Assembly: GCA_964016885.1 (NCBI GenBank)
Contig: OZ024763.1
Location: 3,286,001-3,350,000, forward strand
Length of the DNA: 64,000 nucleotides
Reading direction: 5' to 3'
Source: Eledone cirrhosa
Lineage: Eukaryota
Positions 40,271-54,455 of this stretch are shown here, in pieces (positions within the stretch are counted from its first letter, which is position 1; every line of letters starts with the position of its first letter). The notes below the pieces were generated by a model. That model had not been told where the DNA came from. It was given only the letters and a program-made list of their open reading frames with translations, and made no database searches. The translations under genes and the position numbers were made by a program.

Positions 40271-40901
40271 TAGACAAAGTCACAAATACATATATGAGTT
40301 TGGCAACCATTCACGGTGTGGCTCAATGAAGAATTAATTAAATAATTATTTATCAGAGCAATTTCTAAAAATGTAAGTCCAAAGAGTCATTAGATAAAAT
40401 TTATACAGTATTTCCTCTCCCAATCAGTATAAATTAATCACACAAAAAATCGTTTAAACGAGGCTATAAGTTTAAAATGCACTTATGAAGAAATAATAGA
40501 TAAATGATACATATTCTTTTCCGCGATGTACAGCCATATGACACTTATCTAGTATTTCTCCTAGCCTGTAGAAATTGACTAGACAAATAGTTAACTACAC
40601 GGAATTAGGTGAATTCATTTCTGGCGGGGATCATGGTAGAAGAATCTTAGTCCAGTTTGAGGTATCTCCTGATGAGTTCCGAGCCTCGTGGATTTATCCA
40701 AGACTGGATATATCCAAAAAGTGGAACGAAACCGCTGAGACTGAGAATTTTGGTAAAATTTATGTGCATTTTTTCTTTTAACTTCAATTTTGCACACACA
40801 CATGCCCGAAACGTTAAGACCCTCTTCCTGCTATTTCAAGCGTTAACTTAATATATTCCTTCCTTATACTGTACCGATTGTGTTGTTATTTCTGTTTACC
40901 T

Positions 40902-40933
<32 letters not shown>

Positions 40934-40936
40934 CAT

Positions 40937-41059
<123 letters not shown>

Positions 41060-41238
41060 ATAAAGAGGATGTGGTAAGATACCAGTTGGACCATAGTGCA
41101 ACAGAGTACTCAATACTTATGGCAGTAGAATGGGTAATAGGAAAAGAGTTATATACGACATATGTATATGTGTATGTATATATATATATATATTTATATA
41201 TAAGTGTGTGTGTGTGTGTGTCTGTGTATGTATGTATG

Positions 41239-41292
<54 letters not shown>

Positions 41293-41693
41293 TACATACA
41301 TATATATATATACTTATATATATACATATCGTAATCTGCCTGGTTGTGGTAGGGCCGACAATGTTGTTAGAACTCAATGTGTCCTTGGCAAGAGATTAGC
41401 CAGTTTGACAAGAAGTTTTTGTTGTAGGAGATCACTCCTTAAAGAGGTTCTGTCCAGGTTGCAGAGTCACATTTACGTATATGTGCATAGAACAATGACA
41501 GAAGTCAGAAGTCAGAACTAATTAACTACGTCTGACTTCTGCCCATTTTTTCTTCATTAATCTATGCACACACACACTCATTAAAACTAAAACAGAAGAC
41601 CTGACTGGAAAATTTACTTTAGAATTTAAATCCAACAAAAGCACTCTACATATTTCGATGGCTCAGCTCTACTATCCGATTATGATCCAAGAC

Positions 41694-41792
<99 letters not shown>

Positions 41793-41818
41793 ATATAAGT
41801 ATATATATATATATGTAC

Positions 41819-41907
<89 letters not shown>

Positions 41908-41910
<3 letters not shown>

Positions 41911-42351
41911 GATATTAAATAAATGGAAACTATATTTATAAAACCATATTTATTTCATTATATATATTTCAGGGATATCATATTAACAATATGTTATGCC
42001 TTCTTCAGACAAAATACAATATAGACAGTTTTATAGATAAATAGATTTGACATACCGTTCAACATCGACTTGTATTTGAAAAATCAACTTTTTCAAATAC
42101 AAGTCGATGTTGAACGGTATGTCAAATCTATTTATCTATAAAACTGTCTATATTGTATTTTGTCTGAAGAAGGCATAACATATTGTTAATATGATATCCC
42201 TGAAATATATATAATGAAATAAATATGGTTTTATAAATATAGTTTCCATTTATTTAATATCGTAAATATACTCCAAATACTTGTTGAGTGCTTTTATATC
42301 AGTTATAAATATTTACTAGTTGTAACCCAACAATTTAAATATAACTTTCCA
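41908..42351. mobile_element. PLE-derived foldback element: near-perfect palindrome (about 175-bp arms) plus unique tail, in (TA)n
   Basis: 41908-42264 reads as its own reverse complement around a loop of about 5 nt. Tail 42265-42351 is shared with 58295-58383. Confidence 0.8.
42156..42221 (+). ncRNA. Hammerhead ribozyme (mirror copy on the minus strand in the left arm of the same palindrome)
   Basis: TATTTTGT-CTGAAGA-AGG...CCT-GAAA-TATATA-TA^ATGAAATA. Confidence 0.7.
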
Positions 42352-42429
42352 TATATATGTATATATATATGTATGTATGTATGTATATATGTATATATGT
42401 ATATATATATGTATATATACATACATATG

Positions 42430-42460
<31 letters not shown>

Positions 42461-42746
42461 ATATGTAAATATATATATATGGATATATGTATATATATAT
42501 ATATAATATATATGGATATATGTATATATATATATCCATATATATATACATATATCCATATATATATACACACATATATATATATATATATATACATACA
42601 TATATACATACATATATATATACATACATATATATATATATATGTATATATATATGTGTATATATATATATATATGTATATATATGTATATATATATATA
42701 TATGTATATATGTATATATATATGGATATATGTATATATATATATT

Positions 42747-42791
<45 letters not shown>

Positions 42792-42921
42792 GTTTATCCC
42801 GGGTTGAATCGGAGGTAACCACAGTAAGTAAGGTACTCAATACATACCAGAGTATTAATATTTAATACAGAGCTGTCCTGATGATTTCTCCCGAATGAAA
42901 CAGTTCTAGTCCTGTAGAAGA

Positions 42922-43006
<85 letters not shown>

Positions 43007-43265
43007 AGATCAAAAGATGGTTAAAAGAGTTCCATGTATTTTATTATGCGCATTTCAAAAACAAATATCATCATGCAATAACATTTGTGTTTTCATCAGA
43101 TAAAATAGGAAGACATGATATGAAGGTTAAAAACACTTGTGGATAGTGCAGTTTTAAATAAACATATGATCTTATATATTATGTATACTCCAGTCCTACA
43201 AACTGTAGAGTGCTTCTTATCCGATATCTGCATTGCTTTATTGTACTACAATAAAACTCACCTCC

Positions 43266-43368
<103 letters not shown>

Positions 43369-43609
43369 TTAATATTCAGTTGTACATTGTTGGCAGGGTT
43401 TTTTATTGTTAGTGTGGTAAAATTGTACGTAAATTAAACATTTCCAAGCTGAGTTTATACTGTTGTAGGATGTATTCTTGGGTTTAAAGGAGCAAATGTG
43501 ACTGGAGATGGTTGTATCATTTTTATTTGCACTTATATTTCGAAAGTGTCTGTGTGTATGTTATTATAGGCTTGCAGTTATTCCTATACAGGCTGCTTAT
43601 TTCTTCTGG

Positions 43610-43850
43610 GATACTTACGTAACATAAATTTCGTGGCGTAGGAACAGCAGTTGAAAAAATCGGCTCTCGGGTTCAGACAAGTATTCTTATGAAATTTCTG
43701 TAAGATATTTGATCTTTCATCGATTTACAATCTGCAAGCCTTAAATCGATTTACATATCGAGTTTTCGAGGATTTTCCATTTGATAGAGAAGTTCACTCC
43801 TGCCTCCACGACGTCTTTTGAAAGCCCACTAAAACAAAGCACGGAACCAG
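43610..43850 (-). mobile_element. Degenerate PLE GIY-YIG C-terminal fragment
   Basis: Frameshifted NFSIKWKILE...ACRL*IDERSNILQKFHKNTCLNPRADFFNCCSYATKF. Confidence 0.65.
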
Positions 43851-44547
43851 TGTGGAAGTGATGTGCATCAACGCAGCATATACAGAAAGGAATGTAAGTC
43901 CTTGGCAGGGCTAAAGAATCATGTTCGCGCCACACATGCGTGAGAGGAGGATCAGGTGGTGGTAACTCTTGAAATCGAGAATGTTAAGGTTGTAGTCAGT
44001 GGTAATAGTAATAGAAGTAATAGAGGTAGAAGTGGTGGTGGTGGTGGTGGTAGTAGTGGTAACAGTGGTAGTGGTGGGGGTATTGTTAGTAGTAGTTGAA
44101 GTGGTAGTGGTAATAGTAGTAGTAATAGTAGTAGTGGTGGTGGTGGTAGTAGTAGTTGGTGGTGGTGGTGGTGGTAGTGGTAGTGGTGGGTAGTAGTAGT
44201 TGAAGTGGTAGTGGTAATAGTAGTAACGGTGGTGGTGGTAGTAGTAGTGGTGGTAATAGTAGCAGTGGTGAGTGGGGATGGTAGTGGTTGTGGTAATGGT
44301 GGGGGTGTTGGTAGTAGTTGTTGAAGTGGTAGTGGTGGTGGTGGTAGTATAATGGTGTAGTAGTGGTAGTGGTGGGGGTATTGATAGTAGTTGAAGTGGT
44401 AGTGGTAGTAGTAGTAGTAGTGGCGGCGGTGGTGGTTGTCGAAAGAAAAAGCTACGATCCAAATTATATTTTGTCATAAAGAAATGGATTTTATTACAGA
44501 AAACAATCCACTTAACACACACACACATACGTACACACACACGTACA

Positions 44548-44620
<73 letters not shown>

Positions 44621-44676
44621 GATTTAAAAAATAACTAACAAAAAGATAGATACAAAAACAAAGAGTTTTATTAGTT

Positions 44677-44747
44677 TCACGCTTTGCAGCCCTTTCCAGC
44701 ATTTTCAGGGTAATCACAGACTTGTTTGTCTTCGTTGAAAACGAGTT
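44677..44747 (-). CDS. Chitin-binding protein B, exon 4 (terminal); total about 136 aa
   Basis: TTATTTTGTAG| ELVFNEDKQVCDYPENAGKGCKA*, then AATAAA (minus strand) at 44667-44672. Confidence 0.85.
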
Positions 44748-45006
44748 CTACAAAATAAATGAAAGTTATAACATGTTAGAGATCTTAAGCAAGTTACTTA
44801 ACTTCACATACAGGGATTACACTAATAGAAGTCTGTGTGAAAATATATTGCAAATGAGATAAATCACCTCATTTAAACAGACGAGAAATAGATTCTATAG
44901 ATTCTCGCCTGTTTTCAAAGTCTAGCAGTTGCAAGAGCCGTCATGACGAGAACCAGTTCAGTTCGAAATGCACATCAACGATTAACTCCCTTGCTTCTAA
45001 TGGACA

Positions 45007-45019
45007 CCACCAGGTGGCG
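45007..45019 (+). promoter_or_regulatory. CTCF-consensus motif CCACCAGGTGGCG
   Basis: Exact match to the bilaterian CTCF core, in non-repetitive sequence of intron 3 of gene B. Confidence 0.4.
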
Positions 45020-45829
45020 ATAGCCGCTGGTGTTGTTGCATAGCTACGGCTTTCTAAATGCTTATTTAGAAATATACCGTATTTCTTTATAAATACGAAA
45101 TTCCAATACATATCTGTATACAGATATGCTCGAAGCTAAATCCTAATTCTATAAATAATTTGTTGTAAAACAATTTTTATTAGGCATACTAGAGTAGCCT
45201 GAAAATTTCATGGCCTGATTACGAAGTAGTGATGCTAGAGCAGTGAAATCTTGCGTGCATTAACTTCAACTCTTCTTATTAATAATTGTACTGTTTCTCT
45301 CCTGGGAATATGTTGAAAAAATAAACCTTGTAAAGATAACTGTTTCTACTTTTGGCACAAGGCCAGCAATTACTCCAGTGTATTACTGGTACTTTATTTT
45401 ATCGAACCCGTAAGGATGAAAGGCAAAGTTAACCTCAGCGAGATTTGAACTCAGATCATAAAGGGACATGTTCAAATACCGCCGAGTTTAACTTTGCCTT
45501 TCACCTTACGGAGTCGATAAAATAAAGTACCAGTAATGCACTGGGGCAATAATAATAATTGTATCTACCTTTGGCACAAGGCCAGCAATTATACCAGTCT
45601 ATTACTGGTACTTTATTTTATCGATCCCATAAGGATGAAAGGCAAAGTTAACCTCGGCGGGATTTGAACTCAGACCATAAAGGGCCGTAACTCTTTGCTA
45701 CAAAGCATGGCGTCCGACCCTTTACTGATACTGTCAATCCACCGCCCTGGGACAATAATAATAATAATAATTTGAAGCAGTAAGTTGAGAAGAAAAACGT
45801 ATAATAAATAGAGCTAGAATGTCGCTTAC

Positions 45830-45975
45830 CTGCTGGACAGAAGTTACGTCCGACGAATCGACCTCGGTAACATGTGTAATAACTGGTACAACCTTCTGGG
45901 TGATCAGGGTAAGATTTATCCTTTTTACCTCTACAGTTCTCGACGCGGTTACAAGGGGACGCCACTGAGCTTATT
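45830..45975 (-). CDS. Chitin-binding protein B, exon 3
   Basis: TTTGAAG| ISSVASPCNRVENCRGKKDKSYPDHPEGCTSYYTCYRGRFVGRNFCPA |GTAAGC; 146 nt, same length and phases as exon 3 of gene A. Confidence 0.88.
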
Positions 45976-46370
45976 CTTCAAATAGGGAAAAAAATAAATA
46001 AACAAAAGAAAAACAAAATAAGAATTTCTTGTTAAACCTTTTTTTTATATATGAACAATATTGATGTGAATAACTTGATGGAACAACTGAAATTATGACC
46101 ATATGGCCTTCCATACTCCTCATCAGTGTTTATGCGTGTGTATATACAAAAATGCTGAAACCGGTAATAGGCAATTATTAAATATATAAATAGATGAATA
46201 AATAGATAACTAAATGCCATTGTTAAATAATAAATAAATCAACTAATACCTTAACACTTCACACAAAGTAAAACATTTCGTTTTAATCATTTTCTAACCC
46301 AGAAAAAAGAGAGAGAAATAAAAAAGGAAAAAAAAATTTTTCTTCCTAATAATCGTCTCTTTCGCCCTGT

Positions 46371-46457
<87 letters not shown>

Positions 46458-46549
46458 AATAATACTACACACACACACACGCACACAGACACAGACACAG
46501 ACACACACATATATATATATATATATATAATATAATGATATAATGAAAT

Positions 46550-47000
46550 TATTGTGTACAGTGCTCAGGTGCACTACAACTCATCAAAGGTGCATGTATA
46601 GTACATGGAATAATGTACAAATGTCAGGAAAGGGAACAGTGCATGAGTCATGATATAGACACACATACATGTGTGTGTGTATGGAGGGGGGACATCAGGT
46701 GTAGTGTTGGCAAGATTTAAAGGATGCAGTGTCTCGACAGCTAATAACTGATGCAGGTAGTTTGTTCCATGCTTCAGCAACTCTGAGTAAGAAAAAATGT
46801 TTCCGAAAGTCATGGGAGCTGTGCTGTTTTCTGACTTTGTAGGCATATCCACGCGTGTTAGACACATGGAAATAAAAAAGATGCTCAGGGTTGTTGTTGG
46901 CAAGATGGTTAATAATTTTGTGGGTGTTTATCAAGTCAGTTTCCAGATGTCGGAGTTTCAATGTATCTAGGCCCAGGGAAGTAAGGTGTTCAGAGTATGG
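46550..47000 (-). mobile_element. CR1-clade LINE 3' fragment
   Basis: LRHLETDLINTHKII...TRGYAYKV...RKHFFLLRVAEAWNKLPASVI...SFK. Confidence 0.8.
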
Positions 47001-47310
47001 TAGTTGCCAGACATCAGAGTTTCAATGTATCCAGGCCCAGGGAAGTAAGGTGTTCAGAGTATGGTAGTTGCCAGACATCAGAGTTTCAATGTATCCAGGC
47101 CCAGGGAAGTAAGGTGTTCAGAGTATGGTAGTTTCCAGACATCAGAGTTTCAATGTATCTAGGCCCAGGGAAGTAAGGTGTTCAGAGTATGGTAGTTGCC
47201 AGACATCAGAGTTTCAATGTATCCAGGCCCAGGGAAGTAAGGTGTTCAGAGTATGGTAGTTGCCAGACATCAGAGTTTCAATGTATCCAGGCCCAGGGAA
47301 CAAGGTATTC
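46945..47310. repeat. 64-bp tandem repeat derived from CR1 coding sequence (about 5.5 copies)
   Basis: Unit tcagagtttcaatgtatccaggcccagggaagtaaggtgttcagagtatggtagttgccagaca, continuous with the CR1 fragment. Confidence 0.85.
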
Positions 47311-47915
47311 AGAAAATGGTTCAAGTATCGTTTATATATCCAACACCACCGCTTATTCCAACCACCCTATTATTTGGGACCCGAGAGTGGCAGATATGTT
47401 AGTATAAGGAAGCCATATTAATAACTGGGAACGGGGTAGGAACGTGCAGTTAAATAACGCAACGTTGCTGTCTTTTTCTCGGGTGTTAGCTCGGTTGTTC
47501 ACCCCTTCCTTTACATTTTCTATAATATTGTAACATTAAAAGAATATATCTTTCTGTTGAAGAGATATAATCTAGTACGACATTTATAGACACCTAGTTC
47601 ATGTATCTTCGGAAATGATTGTAAACGAAATACATAGAACGAGAAAAAAAGGGGGCCTGGCGTGTATTTATATATATTAAGTGGACAAATAAAATAGGAG
47701 AGGTATTAAGAAGGGAGACAATGAATAAAGCTAAATAGAAATTCCTAAAAATAAATATATTATTATAGGTTTCATGAAAATAGTAATATTTTTCGAAATG
47801 TAATTTTAAATATCTTTTTAATATACACAGGTTTTTAATCATTATATATAAGTTAAAGAAAAAGATATAAATATGTAAACTTATATAGTTATATATATAC
47901 ATGCATATATATATA

Positions 47916-47957
<42 letters not shown>

Positions 47958-48315
47958 TCACAAACACAGACACACATATATATATATGTACATATCTATG
48001 TGCTTATGCATATACACATCTGTGATACCCAGAAATATCAGTGTCTGCAGTTCTATTTACATGCCAACACAAGACCAAGAATGAGGGGCTCATTCTACTG
48101 ACATGGCTATAAAAATGAGGCTTGTTTGCATAATTGCAAACGAATCGAATATTATTATTAATATTCGAAAAACCCAGATTACATTTATTGTATTCAGCCA
48201 TGTAGAGCGAAATATTTTTTTATTTGTATATATATATGTATATATATATATATACATATATACATATGTATATATATACATATATACATATATATATACA
48301 TATATACATATATAT

Positions 48316-48348
<33 letters not shown>

Positions 48349-48442
48349 TATATACATATATATATACATCTATACATATATATATGTGTGTGTGTTCTTC
48401 ACCGCCACCCCCATCATTAATGAAACAAATATTTCTCCTTAC

Positions 48443-48596
48443 GGTTTACACTTGTAGTCATCTCCTATGTCGATAGCTTCGCCGTATTGACAGATGTAAT
48501 GGAAATCTTTTTCTTTGACACACTTAGTGACGGACAGGCACGAGTGTTCATATACACCATCCTTCTTGCCTTTACACTCCAAGGAATGAGCCACAC
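48443..48596 (-). CDS. Chitin-binding protein B, exon 2
   Basis: (CT)n..CACCAG| [51 protein letters not shown](P) |GTAAGG; 154 nt, phase 1-2. Confidence 0.85.
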
Positions 48597-48602
48597 CTGG
48601 TG

Positions 48603-48642
<40 letters not shown>

Positions 48643-48681
48643 GAGAGAGAGAGAGAGTGAGAGAGAGAGAGAGAGAGAGAA

Positions 48682-48750
<69 letters not shown>

Positions 48751-49832
48751 AAGAAAATGAATTAACATTGCAGTGTGTAGGGTACGGGATGTAGGACAAA
48801 TGAGGCCCTGAACTGGTTAAGTTATAAAGCCCCTTACGTGAGCCCTGAAGGAAGTTATTCATCATAAAAACACTTTTTGGCTAGAAGATGACCCGTCCCA
48901 CCTTAGTCAACGGGGCCCTGTGGTTAAGCACACCTAAGTACAATGGTAAATCCAGCACTGAGTGTGTATTGTACAATCCTAGATATAGCTTGAGCGTATA
49001 AGCCGGGGAAACACAAATGCTACTTATGTCTCAATGAGACCCCTGAGTTCCAATCTTAACTCGGATATCGGAAATATTTTCCAACTGTCTGCACAAATAT
49101 TTCCACTTATTTTACTATAAAAACTTTGACCCTACTTACTATTAATAATGGTTTCTTATAGAGGCACAAGGCCAGTAATTTTGGAGGGAGGGGAAAGTCG
49201 ATTAAATCGACCCCAGTGCGTGACTGGTACTTTATTTTATCAACCCTGTAAGGATGAAAGGCAAAGCTAACCTCGGCAGGATTTGAACTGAGAATGTAAA
49301 GGACCCTAACTCTATGCTGCAAAGCATGGTGTCCGATCCTCTACCGATTCTGTCAGTCCACCGCCCTATTTAATATCAATAATACTGACCATTACACCTA
49401 TCAACATATCTTCCCTATATATGCCTCGTTTCATATTAAATTCTACTATATAATAATAATAATAATAATAATATATATATATATATATATATAAAAGACG
49501 TAAAATAAGAAAATATTTAAAAAAAAAAAAAAATTTTTTTTTTAAATTTTTTACTTACTTACTTAAATTTAAGTAAGTCAGTAAAAAATAAAAAAAAATT
49601 TTTTTTTTTTTAAATATTTTCTTATTTTACGTCTTTTATATTATTGTTCTGCATTCTCCTGCATTGAACCACCTAGGTACTATGACATAACCTGTGTATT
49701 TGCTAGCATGGGCGTGCATCTGTGCGCTTATGTTAGTTGATATATTAAATTATCTATATATATATATATATATATATAAAAGATTAGTAAACTGTAGGTG
49801 AAAGTTGAAATCCCAGAAATATTTCCACTTAC

Positions 49833-49872
49833 CAATATATACAAACAGTATTATGTAAAGTAAAGATTTCAT
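49833..49872 (-). CDS. Chitin-binding protein B, exon 1 (signal peptide)
   Basis: [13 protein letters not shown] + G|GTAAGT; 40 nt, phase 1. Confidence 0.75.
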
Positions 49873-50113
49873 TATCCTGTCTAGAATGAAAGTCAGTGAA
49901 GATGTAAGGTGTCGTCTGCTGCGCCTGGTTCTCATATATTGGACTCCAGTCAGCTTGGCTTCACACATATATACATATATACATTGCTATCAACACATAT
50001 ACTCATATACATTCATACATACATACATACATACATACATACATACATACACTGATATAAACACACAGACACATATGCATTACTTCATATACATACCTTA
50101 TGTATATATATGC

Positions 50114-50144
<31 letters not shown>

Positions 50145-50185
50145 TATATAAACATATATATATATACATACATACATATCTATAT

Positions 50186-50222
<37 letters not shown>

Positions 50223-50243
50223 CATATATATACATATATATCT

Positions 50244-50293
<50 letters not shown>

Positions 50294-50294
50294 T

Positions 50295-50361
<67 letters not shown>

Positions 50362-50408
50362 TATATATACATATATTTCTATCATATATATAAATATATA
50401 TATATATG

Positions 50409-50447
<39 letters not shown>

Positions 50448-50685
50448 CGAGGAAATATTCAAACAGGATATTAGAATATAGATTAAGGACCACCACAACT
50501 ACCCCCATCCCACCACCACCACCACCACCACCACCACCACCACCACCTTTACCCGGATGTAATTCTATTTATCCACAATAAGGAGTCGCCTAAAATCGTC
50601 CCACTGTAAAGCTAGGATATCTCCGCCATATGTTGGTTACAGTTAATCACCAACACAAGCTTTATCTCTCGTTTGTTACTACTAA

Positions 50686-53600
50686 TCTATATGATACTGT
50701 ATGTCGGGGACTGTAGACAAGAGCACTAATGCTAGTCTATATGATACTGTATGTCGGGGACTATAGGCAAGAGCTCTAATGCTAGTCTATATGATACTGT
50801 ATGTCGGGGACTGTAGACAAGAGCACTAATGCTAGTCTATATGATACTGTATGTCGGGGACTATAGACAAGAGCACTAATGCTAGTCTATATGATACTGT
50901 ATGTCGGGGACTGTAGACAAGAGCACTAATGCTAGTCTGTATGATACTGTATGTCGGGGACTGTAGACAAGAGCACTAATGCTAGTCTATATGATACTGT
51001 ATGTCGGGGACTATAGACAAGAGCACTAATGCTAGTCTATATGATACTGTATGTCGGGGACTGTAGACAAGAGCACTAATGCTAGTCTGTATGATACTGT
51101 ATGTCGGGGACTGTAGACAAGAGCACTAATGCTAGTCTATATGATACTGTATGTCGGGGACTATAGACAAGAGCACTAATGCTAGTCTATATGATACTGT
51201 ATGTCGGGGACTGTAGACAAGAGCACTAATGCTAGTCTGTATGATACTGTATGTCGGGGACTGTAGACAAGAGCACTAATGCTAGTCTATATGATACTGT
51301 ATGTCGGGGACTATAGACAAGAGCACTAATGCTAGTCTATATGATACTGTATGTCGGGGACTGTAGACAAGAGCACTAATGCTAGTCTGTATGATACTGT
51401 ATGTCGGGGACTGTAGACAAGAGCACTAATGCTAGTCTATATGATACTGTATGTCGGGGACTATAGACAAGAGCACTAATGCTAGTCTATATGATACTGT
51501 ATGTCGGGGACTGTAGACAAGAGCACTAATGCTAGTCTGTATGATACTGTATGTCGGGGACTGTAGACAAGAGCACTAATGCTAGTCTATATGATACTGT
51601 ATGTCGGGGACTATAGACAAGAGCACTAATGCTAGTCTATATGATACTGTATGTCGGGGACTGTAGACAAGAGCACTAATGCTAGTCTGTATGATACTGT
51701 ATGTCGGGGACTGTAGACAAGAGCACTAATGCTAGTCTATATGATACTGTATGTCGGGGACTGTAGACAAGAGCACTAATGCTAGTCTATATGATACTGT
51801 ATGTCGGGGGACTATAGATAAGAGCACTAATGCTAGTCTATATGTTACTGTATGTCGGGGACTATAGACAAGAGCACTAATGCTAGTCTATATGATACTG
51901 TATGTCGGGGGACTATAGATAAGAGCACTAATGCTAGTCTATATGTTACTGTATGTCGGCGACTATAGACAAGAGCACTAATGCTAGTCTATATGTTACT
52001 GTATGTCGGGGACTATAGATAAGAGCACTAATGCTAGTCTATATGTTACTGTATGTCGGGGACTATAGACAAGAGCACTAATGCTAGTCTATATGATACT
52101 GTATGTCGGGGACTATAGACAAGAGCACTAATGCTAGTCTATATGTTACTGTATGTCGGGGACTATAGACAAGAGCACTAATGCTAGTCTATATGATACT
52201 GTATGTCGGGGGACTATAGACAAGAGCACTAATGTTAGTCTGTATGTTACTGTATGTCGGGGACTATAGACAAGAGCACTAATGCTAGTCTATATGATAC
52301 TGTATGTCGGGGACTGTAGACAAGAGCACTAATGCTAGTCTATATGTTACTGTATGTCGGGGACTATAGATAAGAGCACTAATGCTAGTCTATATAATAC
52401 TGTATGTCGGGGACTATAGACAAGAATTCTAATGATAGTCTATATGTTACTGTATGTCGGCGACTATAGACAAGAGCTCTAATGCTAGTCTATATAATAC
52501 TGTATGTCGGGGACTATAGACAAGAGCTCTAATGCTAGTCTATATGTTACTGTATGTCGTGGACTATAGACAAGAGCACTAATGCTAGTCTATATGTTAC
52601 TGTATGTCGGGGACTATAGACAAGAGCACTAATGCTAGTCTATATGATACTGTATGTCGGGGACTATAGACAAGAGCACTAATGCTAGTCTGTATGTTAC
52701 TGTATGTCGGGGACTATAGACAAGAGCACTAATGCTAGTCTATATGGTATTGTATGTCGGGGACTGTAGACAAGAGCACTAATGCTAGTCTATATGATAC
52801 TGTATGTCGGGGACTATAGACAAGAGCACTAATGTTAGTCTGTATGTAACTGTATGTCGGGGACTATAGACAAGAGCACTAATGCTAGTCTATATGATAC
52901 TGTATGTCGGGGACTGTAGACAAGAGCTCTAATGCTAGTCTATATGTTACTGTATGTCGGGGACTATAGACAAGAGCACTAATGCTAGTCTATATAATAC
53001 TGTATGTCGGGGACTATAGACAAGAGCACTAATGTTAGTCTGTATGTTACTGTATGTCGGGGACTATAGACAAGAGCACTAATGCTAGTCTATATGATAC
53101 TGTATGTCGGGGACTGTAGACAAGAGCACTAATGCTAGTCTATATAATACTGTATGTCGGGGACTATAGACAAGAGCACTAATGTTAGTCTGTATGTTAC
53201 TGTATGTCGGGGACTATAGACAAGAGCACTAATGCTAGTCTATATGATACTGTATGTCGGGGACTGTAGACAAGAGCACTAATGCTAGTCTATATGTTAC
53301 TGTATGTCGGGGACTATAGATAAGAGCACTAATGCTAGTCTATATGATACTGTATGTCGGGGACTGTAGACAAGAGCACTAATGCTAGTCTATATGTTAC
53401 TGTATGTCGGGGACTATAGACAAGAGCACTAATGCTAGTCTATATGATACTGTATGTCGGGGACTGTAGACAAGAGCACTAATGCTAGTCTATATGTTAC
53501 TGTATGTCGGGGACTATAGACAAGAGCTCTAATGCTAGTCTATATGATACTGTATGTCGGGGACTATAGACAAGAGCTCTAATGCTAGTCTGTATGTTAC

Positions 53601-54455
53601 TGTATGTCGGGGACTATAGACAAGAGCACTAATGCTAGTCTATATGTTACTGTATGTCGGGGACTATAGATAAGAGCACTAATGCTACTCTATATAATAC
53701 TGTATGTCGGGGACTATAGACAAGAGCTCTAATGCTAGTCTGTATGTTACTGTATGTCGGGGACTATAGACAAGAGCACTAATGTTAGTCTATATGTTAC
53801 TGTATGTCGGGGACTATAGATAAGAGCACTAATGCTAGTCTATATAATACTGTATGTCGGGGACTATAGACAAGAGCTCTAATGCTAGTCTATATGTTAC
53901 TGTATGTCGGCGACTATAGACAAGAGCTCTAATGCTAGTCTATATAATACTGTATGTCGGGGACTATAGACAAGAGCTCTAATGCTAGTCTATATGTTAC
54001 TGTATGTCGGCGACTATAGACAAGAGCTCTAATGCTAGTCTATATGTTACTGTATGTCGGGGACTATAGACAAGAGCTCTAATGCTAGTCTATATGATAC
54101 TGTATGTCGGGGACTATAGACAAGAGCACTAATGCTAGTCTATATGTTACTGTATGTCGGGGACTATAGACAAGAGCTCTAATGCTAGTCTATATAATAC
54201 TGTATGTCGGGGACTATAGACAAGAGCTCTAATGCTAGTCTATATAATACTGTATGTCGGGGACTATAGACAAGAGCTCTAATGCTAGTCTATATGTTAC
54301 TGTATGTCGGGGACTATAGACAAGAGCTCTAATGCTAGTCTATATGTTACTGTATGTCGGGGACTATAGACAAGAGCTCTAATGCTAGTCTATATGATAC
54401 TGTATGTCGGGGACTATAGACAAGAGCACTAATGCTAGTCTATATGATACTGTAC
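50686..54455. repeat. 50-bp satellite, about 75 copies
   Basis: Unit atgatactgtatgtcggggactatagacaagagcactaatgctagtctat. Confidence 0.97.

Noticed and set aside
43911-44717. 268-aa Thr/Pro/Tyr-rich mucin-like ORF
   Set aside because: It is made of (TA)n, (TG)n and (CAC/TAC)n microsatellites and overlaps the gene B terminal exon in another frame.
50686-54455. CRISPR-like regular repeats
   Set aside because: Head-to-tail units without unique spacers, eukaryotic context and no cas genes.
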